A stretch of DNA of 64,000 nucleotides from contig CBDCTA010000029.1 of NCBI GenBank assembly GCA_965221955.1, forward strand, positions 416,001-480,000, given 5' to 3'. The notes below the pieces were generated by a model. It was not told where the DNA came from. It saw only the letters and a list, made by a program, of their open reading frames with translations, and did no database searches. The position numbers and the translations under genes were made by a program. Within the stretch, counting starts at the first letter, position 1. Each line of letters begins with the position of its first letter. The DNA comes from Gammaproteobacteria bacterium. Lineage in GTDB: Bacteria > Pseudomonadota > Gammaproteobacteria > UBA4575. Of this stretch, positions 1 to 10,595 are shown in pieces.

Positions 1-1168
1 TGAAGAGATAGATGGTTCTGAAACAGATGTGATTAAAGCCGAATGGCAAAAACGCCATGACGCAGTGATCAACTCGGGCGGTTTGCACATTATCGGTACA
101 GAACGCCATGAGTCGCGTCGTATCGATAACCAATTACGCGGTCGATCGGGTCGTCAAGGTGATCCTGGTTCAAGTCGTTTCTATCTTTCGATGGAAGATA
201 ATCTAATGCGCATATTTGCATCTGATAAAGTCCGCGGCCTGATGCAGAAATTAGGCATGCAAGCTGGTGAATCTATAGAGCATCCTTGGGTGTCAAAAGC
301 CATTGAAAATGCGCAGCGTAAAGTGGAAGCACATAACTTCGATATTCGTAAACATTTGCTTGAATATGATGATGTTGCAAATGATCAACGTAAAGTGGTC
401 TATGAGCAACGTCGTGACTTAATGCAAGAAGAAGATATTTCAGAAAATTTAGCTGCGATTCGAGAAGACGTTACTGATGTAGCGATTAGCGAATATTTAC
501 CTCCTGGGAGTATGGATGAGCAATGGGATGTAGAAGGTTTAACTAATGTATTTAAAAACGATTTTGGTTTGTCTTTCCCTGTTCAACAATGGCTAGATGA
601 AGATGATGCTGTTGCTGAAGAAGAAATTCGTGAAAGGATACATCAGCGTGTAGCTAAACTATTTCAGGAAAAAGAAGATCGTGTTGGTCCTGAAATAATG
701 CGCCGATTAGAAAAAGATATGATGCTGAAAGTACTAGACAATCGTTGGAAAGAGCACTTAGCGGCAATGGATTATTTACGCCAAGGAATTGGTTTGCGTG
801 GCTATGCGCAAAAAAATCCTAAGCAAGAATACAAGCGTGAAGCATTCGGCATGTTTCAGGAAATGCTCGATCAAATTAAGCATGAAACCGTGTCTTTAAT
901 TTCTAGAGTTGAATTGCCAACCTTAGAAGAGATTAAAGCCATGGAAGCTGCACAACAGGTGCCGGAAAATATTCAATACCAACATGCAGAGGCAGATGAT
1001 GTATTACATCCTGAGCAAAGCCCAGCGAGTTCACCTCAAGCTGGGGAGCAAGAAGTTGAAGCTAAACCACAACCTTTTAAACGTACAGGGAAAAAGATTG
1101 GCCGTAATGATCCTTGTCATTGCGGTTCCGGTAAAAAATTTAAACAATGTCATGGTAAGCTGACGTAG
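1..1168 (+). CDS. secA: Preprotein translocase subunit SecA, C-terminal part (gene begins before the window)
   Basis: [33 protein letters not shown] motif; C-terminal SEC-C zinc motif [21 protein letters not shown]. Confidence 0.98.
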   Translation, partial: EEIDGSETDVIKAEWQKRHDAVINSGGLHIIGTERHESRRIDNQLRGRSGRQGDPGSSRFYLSMEDNLMRIFASDKVRGLMQKLGMQAGESIEHPWVSKAIENAQRKVEAHNFDIRKHLLEYDDVANDQRKVVYEQRRDLMQEEDISENLAAIREDVTDVAISEYLPPGSMDEQWDVEGLTNVFKNDFGLSFPVQQWLDEDDAVAEEEIRERIHQRVAKLFQEKEDRVGPEIMRRLEKDMMLKVLDNRWKEHLAAMDYLRQGIGLRGYAQKNPKQEYKREAFGMFQEMLDQIKHETVSLISRVELPTLEEIKAMEAAQQVPENIQYQHAEADDVLHPEQSPASSPQAGEQEVEAKPQPFKRTGKKIGRNDPCHCGSGKKFKQCHGKLT

Positions 1169-1215
1169 ACAAGCTTCTGAATAAATCAGATATACGACTA
1201 AAATCAGTTTTTCCT

Positions 1216-2433
1216 ATGGCAATCTCTTTACAGGCTCCTACAAATCTATTGCCAGTTCCAGGTATCAGAATTGCCACTGCAGCAGCAGGCATTAAATATC
1301 AGAGTCGTGATGATTTGGTGTTATTCGAAATTAGCGCTACTGCAAATACTGCAGTGGTACAAACTAATAATCAATTTTGTGCAGCTCCCGTGAGTGTTAC
1401 TAGGGAGCATCTAGAAAGTTCGCAACCAAAATTTCTATTGATTAACTCGGGCAATGCAAATGCGGGACTTGGAAAGCAAGGTATTCATGACACTAATGAA
1501 ACCTGTGCTGCGCTTGCTAGACTTGCTGAATGTAAAGTTATGGAAGTATTACCTTTTTCAACGGGTGTAATAGGCGAACGATTACCAGTAGAAAAAATTA
1601 CTGAAAAAATTCCATCGTTAATAAACAAACTAAACGAAGATGCATGGTTAGATGCGGCAAATGCCATTATGACTACCGATACGATGGCGAAAGGTTGCTC
1701 TGAACAACTTAGTCTTGATGGAAATAATATTTTAATTACAGGTATTGCAAAAGGTTCGGGGATGATTCGTCCTGACATGGCAACAATGCTTGCTTATGTG
1801 GCGACTGATTTAATTATCAATGAAAAAGATTTGAATAAGTTCTTAGGCCAAGCGGTTGAGCAGTCGTTTCATTGCATTACGGTTGATGGAGATACTTCTA
1901 CTAATGATGCTTGTGTGTTGATTGCAACAGGTAAGTCAGATAGACAATTTAATGATCTTTCTGAAAAATCAAAAGAAAAATTTATAAGCTCGTTGAATGC
2001 TACTTTTTTAAATTTAGCGCAAGCGATTATTCGTGATGGAGAAGGTGTCACGAAGTTTATTTCTATCAAAGTTGAACAGGCACAAAGTGAAACTGAAGCA
2101 CGAGATATCGCTTTTGCGATTGCTCATTCTCCACTTGTAAAAACAGCAGCATTTTCGAGTGATCCAAATTGGGGTCGAATTTTAGCCGCTACTGGTAGAG
2201 CTTCAAAAGAGAAGCTAGATATTGAAAAATTATCCTTACATATCAATAAGATACAAGTTATTGCGGCGGGTGAGTTAGCAGCATCTTATAGTGAAGAATT
2301 GGGTCAACAAGAAATGCGAAAAGACGAAATTCAATTTCAAATAAAGTTAGGCAAAGGAGACTCTGCATTTACAGTGTGGACGACTGATCTTTCCTACGAC
2401 TATGTAAAAATCAATGCTGAGTATCGCACTTAG
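1216..2433 (+). CDS. argJ: Bifunctional ornithine acetyltransferase/N-acetylglutamate synthase
   Basis: NSGNANA, IMTTDT, KGSGMIRPDMATML autoproteolysis site, DGDTSTND and C-terminal YVKINAEYRT; secA-argJ-mutT order. Confidence 0.97.
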   Translation: MAISLQAPTNLLPVPGIRIATAAAGIKYQSRDDLVLFEISATANTAVVQTNNQFCAAPVSVTREHLESSQPKFLLINSGNANAGLGKQGIHDTNETCAALARLAECKVMEVLPFSTGVIGERLPVEKITEKIPSLINKLNEDAWLDAANAIMTTDTMAKGCSEQLSLDGNNILITGIAKGSGMIRPDMATMLAYVATDLIINEKDLNKFLGQAVEQSFHCITVDGDTSTNDACVLIATGKSDRQFNDLSEKSKEKFISSLNATFLNLAQAIIRDGEGVTKFISIKVEQAQSETEARDIAFAIAHSPLVKTAAFSSDPNWGRILAATGRASKEKLDIEKLSLHINKIQVIAAGELAASYSEELGQQEMRKDEIQFQIKLGKGDSAFTVWTTDLSYDYVKINAEYRT

Positions 2434-2448
2434 ATTTTAACTCATTGA

Positions 2449-3408
2449 ATGAGTTCTTTAGCAAATCAAGAGTATATTCATGTTGTCGTTGGGATAGTTA
2501 AAAACGCTAGGCATGAAATTCTAGTAAGCCAGCGAAAAGCAGACACTCATTTGGGTGGTTTACTGGAGTTTCCAGGTGGAAAAGTAGAGAAGCATGAATC
2601 GCCTACAGATGCACTACATCGCGAATTATTCGAAGAGTTAAATATTAATGCATCAAGTTTTACACCGTTAATTCAAATTCCTTATAATTACCCAAGCAAA
2701 AAAGTTTTACTCGATGCATTTCTGGTAAATGATTATTCTGGAAAGGCTATTTCAAAAGAAGAACAGAATATTTTTTGGAAGCCTATCGATTCTCTTTACG
2801 ATAATATATTTCCCGCTGCAAATTTTGGGATGATTCGTGCAATAAAACTTCCAAATAAATTCCTAGTTACTCCTTCTTATTCAAATGACTCAAAATTTTT
2901 AGAAAAGTTTGAAAGTATAATAAGTAAGAAATCAATTCAAATTATTCAATTGCGTTCACATGAGTTAGCTGATCAAGAATATAGAAGACTCGCTAAAGAA
3001 TGTGCAGGCTTATGTGTCAATAACGATGTGAAATTAATATTAAATCGAGATGAGAGATGTGTATCAGATTTAAATGTAGCAGGGCTACACTTGACGAGTG
3101 AGAGGTTACTTAAAGCACGGAAACGGCCATTGGAGTCAAAGTATTTGGTTGGAGCATCTTGTCATAATCTCGAAGAAATTCAGCATGCAAATAAGCTTGG
3201 AGTAGATTACATTTTTATAGGACCAGTTTTAGAAAAGCCTCAAAGTGAGAAAAGTACTATATTAGATTGGGATGGTTTTACTAAGTTAGTAAATTCTTGC
3301 CAGGTTCCAGCCTATGCTATAGGAGGAGTAGGGCTGAATCACCTAGATAAAAGTATTCTGTTTGGAGGACAAGGTATTGCCTCGATTAGGGCTTTATGGA
3401 AGCTTTAA
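2449..3408 (+). CDS. mutT: Nudix hydrolase (8-oxo-dGTP diphosphatase) fused to a thiamine-phosphate-synthase-like domain
   Basis: Nudix box EFPGGKVEKHESPTDALHRELFEE; C-terminal TMP-TENI-like motifs IQLR, GASCHN, AYAIGG. Confidence 0.9.
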   Translation: MSSLANQEYIHVVVGIVKNARHEILVSQRKADTHLGGLLEFPGGKVEKHESPTDALHRELFEELNINASSFTPLIQIPYNYPSKKVLLDAFLVNDYSGKAISKEEQNIFWKPIDSLYDNIFPAANFGMIRAIKLPNKFLVTPSYSNDSKFLEKFESIISKKSIQIIQLRSHELADQEYRRLAKECAGLCVNNDVKLILNRDERCVSDLNVAGLHLTSERLLKARKRPLESKYLVGASCHNLEEIQHANKLGVDYIFIGPVLEKPQSEKSTILDWDGFTKLVNSCQVPAYAIGGVGLNHLDKSILFGGQGIASIRALWKL

Positions 3409-3430
3409 AAATAAAAATGAACCATCTTTG

Positions 3431-4216
3431 TTAGAAAGTACAGCAGGCAAGCCTAAAGTCAACGTTAGTATGGATTTGTTTGGGGGTGGAATTTGGATTT
3501 TCTTGATTTAGAAAGCGAATCGAAAAACGGTGTTTGCCTGCACTGCATTCGGGAAAAAAATTGTGTTTTTTATTAATCGCAATTCTAATTAATTGATTAG
3601 GTGCGCTAGGGTCCAGGGTTTGGTCATAAAAACCTTTCTGCGCAGATTGATCAACAAATTGCGTGCTTTCTCTAATTAAGTGAAGCCCTCTTCCAACACT
3701 TTCCTGAACAATTTCAAATGGAGCAATCCATTCCAATAATACTTTGTTGCGTTGCTCAAACGGTAAGCAAAGCCAATGATGGTATTCAGGTAAATCAAAG
3801 TCACATGTACCGCCCGGGATTACGGCTCGCTGTCGAATACTATTAATGAAATCATTCTCTTTAAGATGATTACCTATTTGTCCACGTACGGCATGCAATT
3901 TGTCAAAGGTTTGCTGGTGTGTGGTTAAGATTTTGGATAATTTCTCAGTATTGAGTTTTGGTTTGCTGGCAAGTTGTTCTAATGAGTCGATTTGTCTTTT
4001 AAGCTCTTTTAATAGCTCTTGCTTGAGGTCACCTCTTGATACCAGGCTTAATATTTCAATTAAGGTTAATAGTGCGGCATGTGAATCTGAGCCATTTTCT
4101 TGTTTGGCAAAAAAACAAAATTGCTGAGTGAGTTGCTCATAGCGCAGAAAAGTTCGCATCCTCTCATTGAGAGGTTGTTCATAGTATATTTCATGTAGAT
4201 CTGGTGTATCGCTCAC
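3431..4216 (-). CDS. zapD: Cell division protein ZapD
   Basis: YEQPLNERMRTFLRYE, IRQRAVIPGGTCDFDLP, SAGKHRFSIRF; lies downstream of coaE. Confidence 0.95.
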   Translation of the reverse strand: MSDTPDLHEIYYEQPLNERMRTFLRYEQLTQQFCFFAKQENGSDSHAALLTLIEILSLVSRGDLKQELLKELKRQIDSLEQLASKPKLNTEKLSKILTTHQQTFDKLHAVRGQIGNHLKENDFINSIRQRAVIPGGTCDFDLPEYHHWLCLPFEQRNKVLLEWIAPFEIVQESVGRGLHLIRESTQFVDQSAQKGFYDQTLDPSAPNQLIRIAINKKHNFFPECSAGKHRFSIRFLNQENPNSTPKQIHTNVDFRLACCTF

Positions 4217-4219
4217 AGC

Positions 4220-4822
4220 TTATTTTATGGTTTTGCTTAATTCAGTATATTTTTTATGTAAAGAACTAGCTTTTTCTTTTATATCATCAATACTACCACT
4301 ATTTTCAATTACATCATCTGCTAGTGATAAACGCGTGTCTCGATCTATTTGAGAAGCAATAATCTTTTTGACATGTGATTCGTTGCATTGATCACGTAGC
4401 ATTACTCGTGAGATTTGTTCTTCAACTGTACAGTCTACTACTAATACTCTATCAAGGAATTCAGTACGCTGTGTTTCTAGTAATAATGGAATCACAACAA
4501 TGCAATAATCTGCCTTAATCTCACTAATATTTTTATTAATTTGTTCGTAGACTAAAGGATGTAGGAGCTTCTCAAGTTTGTTGCGTAGAACTGAATCAGA
4601 AAAAACTGCTTGTCTTAGCTTATCTCTTAATAACTGATTGTGTTTATCTACAAACTCTGAACCAAGTTGTGTAGAGATTTTATCGATTACTTGCTTAGAT
4701 TGTGTGAGTTCTCTAGCAATGATGTCGGCATCAATAATAGGAGTGTTGAACTGCTGATGAAAGAGATCTGAAACTAGGCTTTTTCCACAACCAATTCCGC
4801 CTGTGAGGCCTACTATCAGCAT
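4220..4822 (-). CDS. coaE: Dephospho-CoA kinase
   Basis: VGLTGGIGCGKS P-loop, IIDADIIAR, LEKLLHPLV; pilD-coaE-zapD order. Confidence 0.97.
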   Translation of the reverse strand: MLIVGLTGGIGCGKSLVSDLFHQQFNTPIIDADIIARELTQSKQVIDKISTQLGSEFVDKHNQLLRDKLRQAVFSDSVLRNKLEKLLHPLVYEQINKNISEIKADYCIVVIPLLLETQRTEFLDRVLVVDCTVEEQISRVMLRDQCNESHVKKIIASQIDRDTRLSLADDVIENSGSIDDIKEKASSLHKKYTELSKTIK

Positions 4823-4838
4823 TGTTATTAAGAGTTAT

Positions 4839-5723
4839 TTATATCGTTTTGTCTAAATATAGGGCAATAAGCTGATTACCGTACAGCATTGCAATCCATC
4901 CTGCTATAGCAAGATAAGGGCCAAAAGGAATGGGTTGGCTACGTTCCTGTAATTTGGTCACGATCATCATAATGCCAATGATGGCTCCAACAGCAGAAGA
5001 CAATAGGATGATTAGAGGTAGACTTTGCCAGCCTAACCATGCACCAAGGGCTGCAAGCAATTTAAAATCTCCATAACCCATGCCTTCTTTGCCTGTGATG
5101 AGCTTGAATAAATGAAATACAGACCAGAGTGCCAAATAACCAAAAATAGCACCTAAGACACTAGAAGTTAGATCGATATAGATTGTGAATGTATTAAAGA
5201 TAATGCCTAACCATAGCAGTGGTAGTGTCAAGTTATCAGGTAGCAGATGAGTTTTTATATCTATACCGCTTAATGCGATTAAACTCCATGTGAATAAAAT
5301 GCCACCGAAAGCTTGCCAGCTGAAACCAAACTTCCAAACAACTATCGTGGTTAGAATAGCAGTAAGGAGTTCTACAAAAGGATATTGAGGTGAAATTTTT
5401 ATACCACAATTACTGCATTTCCCTTTTAGAAATAAATAACTAATGATTGGGATATTTTCTATTGCTTTGACTTGGTGATCACATGAAGGGCAATGCGACC
5501 TAGGTACACAAAGGTTATATTTTCCCTGTGAAAGTATTTCTTTATCAGGGGACAGTAGTTCTTGGCATTCACTTTTCCACTGTCTTTCAAGCATTATAGG
5601 TATGCGATGAATGACAACATTTAGAAAACTGCCAATGAATGCACCAATAATAAAACTATAAAGCAGTAACAGCTTTGTGTTACTTGCAATATAGATTAAG
5701 ACAGGACTATCTAATAAACTCAA
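4839..5723 (-). CDS. pilD: Prepilin peptidase/N-methyltransferase
   Basis: GSFLNVVIHRIP, two CxxC motifs, GMGYGDFKLLAALGAW, PFGPYLA. Confidence 0.97.
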   Translation of the reverse strand: MSLLDSPVLIYIASNTKLLLLYSFIIGAFIGSFLNVVIHRIPIMLERQWKSECQELLSPDKEILSQGKYNLCVPRSHCPSCDHQVKAIENIPIISYLFLKGKCSNCGIKISPQYPFVELLTAILTTIVVWKFGFSWQAFGGILFTWSLIALSGIDIKTHLLPDNLTLPLLWLGIIFNTFTIYIDLTSSVLGAIFGYLALWSVFHLFKLITGKEGMGYGDFKLLAALGAWLGWQSLPLIILLSSAVGAIIGIMMIVTKLQERSQPIPFGPYLAIAGWIAMLYGNQLIALYLDKTI

Positions 5724-5759
5724 GATAGTTTAAAAATCTAATTAACTTTTGGGTGAGCC

Positions 5760-6986
5760 TTATACTACCGCACCAAGCTTGAAGATTGGTAAATACATTG
5801 CAATTACCAAGCCACCTACTACCACACCAAGTATTGCCATAATCAATGGCTCTAACAGACTACTTAAGCCGTCTACTAAGTTATCTACTTCTTGCTCATA
5901 GAAGTCGGCAACTTTGCCTAACATTTCATCCAACGAACCTGATTCTTCACCAATTGCAACCATTTGCACCACCATATTAGGGAACAACCCAGTTGAGCGC
6001 ATGCTTTGTTGTAATTGTGTTCCAGTAGCAACTTCGTCTTTCATGCGTAGTGTAGCTTCTTGATATATAGCATTACCTGTAGCACCTGCTACAGAATCCA
6101 TTGCTTCTACTAATGGTACGCCTGCAGCGAACATTGTCGCAAGAGTTCTAGCAAATCTTGCAATTGCAGATTTCTCTAATATTTGCCCAACAACTGGAAT
6201 TTTAAGTGATGCTTTATCTAATCCGCGTCTAAATGCTGCAGAACGCTTTTTTGTGTTAATGAATACAAATACTAATCCTCCAATACCAAATAAAACTAAC
6301 CACCAATACGCTTGCATAAACTCAGATAAATTTATGACCATCTGGGTAAATGCAGGTAGATCTGCACCAAATCCTTGGAAAAGCTCTTGGAACTGAGGTA
6401 CTACGAATAAGAGAAGAATTCCAGAAACGATAAAAGCCACGACTAATACTGCAGTTGGGTAAAACAGTGCTTTTTTAACTTTACCTTTTAATTCTTCAGT
6501 TTTTTCTTTGTAAGTTGCAATTTTGTCTAAAAGTGTTTCAAGGGCACCAGACTGTTCACCTGCGTCAACCAAATTACAAAATAAATCATCAAAGTACTTA
6601 GGATGTTTTTCTAGAGAGTGTGATAAAGCTGTGCCTGATTCGACATCATTTTTAATATTCATGATGAGTTCTTGCATAGCTGGTTTCTCATGGCCTCTTC
6701 CGATGATTTCAAATGCTTGAACAAGAGGCACACCTGCAGTCATCATAGTTGCGAGCTGCCTAGAAAATACAGCAATATCTTTTGGGATAATTTTTTTACC
6801 TTTGCTACCAAATAATGGCTTAGGTTTCTTCTTTACTTTAAGAGGGTTTATACCTTGTCTGCGAAGGTCTGCTTTGAGTAGAATCTCATTAGATGCCTGA
6901 GCTTCACCTTTAACACGCGTGCCTTTACGATCTACACCTTCCCATACGAAAATCGTAGCTTGTGCAGTTGCTGTTGCAGTAGCCAT
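5760..6986 (-). CDS. pilC: Type IV pilus inner-membrane platform protein
   Basis: T2SSF repeats FSRQLATMMTAGVPL and GEESGSLDEML; C-terminal AMYLPIFKLG. Confidence 0.96.
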   Translation of the reverse strand: MATATATAQATIFVWEGVDRKGTRVKGEAQASNEILLKADLRRQGINPLKVKKKPKPLFGSKGKKIIPKDIAVFSRQLATMMTAGVPLVQAFEIIGRGHEKPAMQELIMNIKNDVESGTALSHSLEKHPKYFDDLFCNLVDAGEQSGALETLLDKIATYKEKTEELKGKVKKALFYPTAVLVVAFIVSGILLLFVVPQFQELFQGFGADLPAFTQMVINLSEFMQAYWWLVLFGIGGLVFVFINTKKRSAAFRRGLDKASLKIPVVGQILEKSAIARFARTLATMFAAGVPLVEAMDSVAGATGNAIYQEATLRMKDEVATGTQLQQSMRSTGLFPNMVVQMVAIGEESGSLDEMLGKVADFYEQEVDNLVDGLSSLLEPLIMAILGVVVGGLVIAMYLPIFKLGAVV

Positions 6987-6989
6987 AAA

Positions 6990-8722
6990 TTAATCCTTTG
7001 TAACTCTGTTTAATTCTTCAAGGCTAAGTATTCCTTCACGTACTTTATTCAACCCAGAAGCTCTCAAATCATTAAATCCTTCTTTATCTGCTTGTTCGGC
7101 AAGTTGTATTGAATTTCCATTTCCCATAATTAATGTTCCCATTTCTTCTGAGATAGCCAATACTTGGAAAATGCCTGAACGGCCCTTATATCCAGTATTG
7201 TTGCATTGATCACATCCGCCCGCTTTGTATATTTTTAAATCATCTTATTTCCGATTCTAAAAAGCCTTCTTCGATTAACGCTTCTTTTGGAACATCATCT
7301 ACTACTTTGCATGGTTCACACAAACGTCGAGCTAAGTCGTTGGGCAATAATCAAGCTAACAGCTGAAGCAATATTGTATGGAGGAACACCCATATTCGCC
7401 AATCTCGTAAGTGTTTGTGGTGCGTCATTTGTATGCAAAGTTGAAAGCACTAAGTGACCCGTTTGAGCTGCTTTAATAGCGATTTCTGCTGTTTCTAAGG
7501 TCTCGAATCTCACCTACCATAATGATATCAGGATCTTGACGGAGGAAAGCACGTAAGTGCGGAAGCAAAGGTTAGTCCCACTTTTGGATTGACATTTACT
7601 TGGTTCACACCTGGCATGTTAATTTCTGCTGGATCTTCCGCAGTAGAAATATTTCGGTCTGCAGTATTTAGTATATTCAGACCTGTATATAAGTGAAACT
7701 GTTTTACCACTACCTGTTGGTCCCGTTACAAGGATCAAGCCATAGGGCTTAGATAGTGCATTTAAATAAAGTTGTTTTTGGTCTTCTTCGTAGCCTAGTG
7801 CATCAATACCTAAAGTAGCACTAGTTGGATCTAAAATACGTAATACAATTTTTTCACCAAATAAGTGTTGGACAAGTGTTAACACGAAAATCAATTGCCC
7901 GCTTTCTTTGAAAGCTGCATTTTAATTCTGCCATCTTGTGGGATACGGCGTTCAGAAATATCTAAACGCTAGACATGACTTTTAATCTTGCCGAAATTCT
8001 TGGTGCTAAGTTTTGAGGAGGGTTTGCAATTTCCTCTAGTACACCATCGACACGAAATCTAACTCTATATACTTTCTCATATGGTTCAAAGTGAATATCT
8101 GATGCCTTTTTGTTAATTGCATCGAGAAGCACTTTATTAACAAACCGTACGATCGGTGTATCATCTACATCTGAATCACCAGTATCTTCAATTTCTTCAT
8201 CACCGCTTGCTTACATCTAGATTATCTAAGTCATCATCTAGCAAGACCATCCATATCTAAGTGACTTATCGCCCAAGCTCGAGCGCTTTCTCGATTATGG
8301 TTTCTAACTTATCTTCTTCAACTAGAACTGCTTCAGTGGTAATACCTGTATTAAATTTAAATTCATCCAGTGCAGCCTAAATTCATCGGGTCAGAAATAG
8401 CTACAAATAGTCGATTACCTCTTTTCTGAATTGGGAGCGCATGATGTTGACGAATTAATTTTTCAGGAACGAGGTTGCTTGGTAAAGACTCTAAATCTAA
8501 AGAATTAATATTTAATAAAGGAATACCAAATTCGTTTGAAGCAGAGTGCGCAAGATCACTTGAACCTACAAGTTCATTTTTGACTAAGTATGTAGTTAGA
8601 GGCACACCATTATCATGAGCCTCTTTTTGGGCATTGGCAGCATCTTGCTCTGTGACAAATCCATCATTGATGAGTCTGCGTGAGAGCCCGCTAATTCTTA
8701 TTGAAGATGCGGCGGTTGCCAT
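6990..8722 (-). pseudogene. pilB: Type IV pilus assembly ATPase PilB, broken by multiple single-base insertions (pseudogene or sequencing error)
   Basis: PilB pieces in shifting frames: N-terminal [18 protein letters not shown], Walker [49 protein letters not shown], end EELNRVTKD* at 6990. Extra bases at about 8376, 7690, 7554 and 7500, among others. Confidence 0.9.
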
Positions 8723-9226
8723 TGGATTTGTGGTGTTAAAAATCTAGTAATTATCTGAATTTATACATGTTATCCGAAAGTGATGCCATGTCAAACTATA
8801 GTGTACTTTAAGCCGCTAGAATGCTCGGTATGCAGGATAACCGTTATTAATAAAGCATAGTATTTTGTGCTAAATCAGCAATTTTTGTTTGATGATCCTG
8901 AGTGGTATAAAAACTATGATAATTGGTAATGATTTTGCCTGGAGGTAAAACTCAGTATTGATCAAATGGCCGCAATATATGTCAAGTTTAGTAGACTGAA
9001 ATATTCAGCCATTGGCACTACATACTGAAATCCGATAGAAATATTTCTGATTATGAAATTAAAACAAATTTCCAGATTATGAAAATTTTCTTAAGTATGG
9101 TTTGAAAAGGTTGTGAGTTTAATTGGCGTATAATTAATAATCAATTTTATAGTATATCGATCAATTCGGAAATATTTTAGTTAATAGTGATTTCCAGCAT
9201 GGTTTTTTGCACATGCTAAATATTAA

Positions 9227-10306
9227 TTATTTAAAAGCTAATAATTCATTCCATGTAAAAATTTGATTTTTTAAACTCCAGTTAATTTGGTATTCCTCGC
9301 GAGACTTTAAACATCCTTTTTGTAATTTATTATATAGCTTTGTATCTGTACATAATCGTATCATTTCATCTGCTAGCGCATCACTATTATAAGGCGGAAT
9401 CAGTAATGCGTTATATTCATGAATAAAAATACCAGGAATATCGCAAACATTAGTTAATATAGAGGGGACTCCACAATGCATTGCCTCAATAGCTGCTGCC
9501 GGCAAAGCTTCTATTTCTGATGCTAATATGAAGATGTGAGAAGTATTCAGGAGCGTATTAATATCATTTCTAAATCCTAAAAATTTTATATTTCTATTTA
9601 GATTTAGTGAGTTACTTAATTTTTCTAACTCAGGCTTAATAGGGCCATCACCAACTATTGCAAATAATATATTTGGATATCTTTTTTTTACTTTATGGGT
9701 TGCATGAATTATTAAATCTATGTTTTTGCGCTTGATAATTTGACCTATATAAATGAAGTCCCATTCGTAAAATTTCGGTTTATTATCAATTCTAAATAGC
9801 GCAGGGTCATGATAATTTTTTAATTCGATTAGTTTTTTATTTGGGATATTTTGTTCAAGTAAAATTTCTTTAGATTTTGGGCCCATAAAGGCAATCATAT
9901 TTGAATTTTTTATAGACCATTTTATTGGAAATGAATAAATAAATTTATCAAGGTAGCTATGAATGTCTTTTCCTATTGGACAGACTATACAATGAGTGCT
10001 GGTAAGTTTTCCCGCAATTACAGCAGAAATGCCATGTGCTATTAATTGAATACCTATAATGGCATCAATATTGCGAGATCTTGATACTTTTAAAAGTGTT
10101 AAAAGTCTCCAAATTTCGAATAATATAGTTATTTTTTTTATGCCTACTGGAGGTGATATATTAATAATTTTATCTGTGTATTTGAGCTTGTTTTTTCTAA
10201 CCAAAATTATATTTTCAATGAGGTCATTTTCAACTAACCCAACTATTTTGGTCTGTAGCTTGTAATCACTTAGACCTGCAGTAATTAGAATGGTTTTGCT
10301 ATTCAC
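9227..10306 (-). CDS. Glycosyltransferase family 4 (GT-B); likely GTG start at 10306 (ORF is open to 10369)
   Basis: IGQIIKRKNID, IVGDGP, FLGFRND, EALPAAAIEAMHCGVPSI (ExxxxxxxE motif). Confidence 0.88.
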   Translation of the reverse strand: MNSKTILITAGLSDYKLQTKIVGLVENDLIENIILVRKNKLKYTDKIINISPPVGIKKITILFEIWRLLTLLKVSRSRNIDAIIGIQLIAHGISAVIAGKLTSTHCIVCPIGKDIHSYLDKFIYSFPIKWSIKNSNMIAFMGPKSKEILLEQNIPNKKLIELKNYHDPALFRIDNKPKFYEWDFIYIGQIIKRKNIDLIIHATHKVKKRYPNILFAIVGDGPIKPELEKLSNSLNLNRNIKFLGFRNDINTLLNTSHIFILASEIEALPAAAIEAMHCGVPSILTNVCDIPGIFIHEYNALLIPPYNSDALADEMIRLCTDTKLYNKLQKGCLKSREEYQINWSLKNQIFTWNELLAFK

Positions 10307-10475
10307 GTGCTGATTTAATGGCTGTAACGAAATTTGCCACGAATCTAACCATGTATAAAATCTTTGCACTAATTTTATTGACGATTGGATCTATCTTGAG
10401 GGCAGGTGCATTCAGGCCTTCTAGCAAATCAACAGGCGTTTCAATAAAAAGACTTGATAAAGGAGTGACACTCAT
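10299..10475 (-). pseudogene. Decayed internal fragment of a neuB/pseI-type nonulosonate synthase gene
   Basis: Own translation: MSVTPLSSLFIETPVDLLEGLNAPALKIDP...TAIKSARE aligns with PseI in this window (LIAFSSPFDESAVEFLENQDVPCYKIAS...DAVECARD). Confidence 0.6.
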
Positions 10476-10595
10476 TTTTCTTAAATAAGTTTGGCGATTG
10501 AAAACATATATCTTTCAAGGCCTTCACTAACATAGGAGTGTTATTAATAATTATTAGCTCTAAATAGTTAAATATTAAACTAATCTATTTAAATT

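Noticed and set aside
2449-3408. MutT fused to a ThiE-like domain
   Set aside because: A common architecture after secA-argJ in Gamma- and Betaproteobacteria; not novel
8773-8790. TGGCAT upstream of pilB as a sigma54 promoter
   Set aside because: The -12 position reads TCGGA, with no GC or near match
8723-9226. 500-bp AT-rich gap between GT4 and pilB as a gene remnant or ncRNA
   Set aside because: Short frames with no recognisable similarity and no convincing stems; cannot be supported
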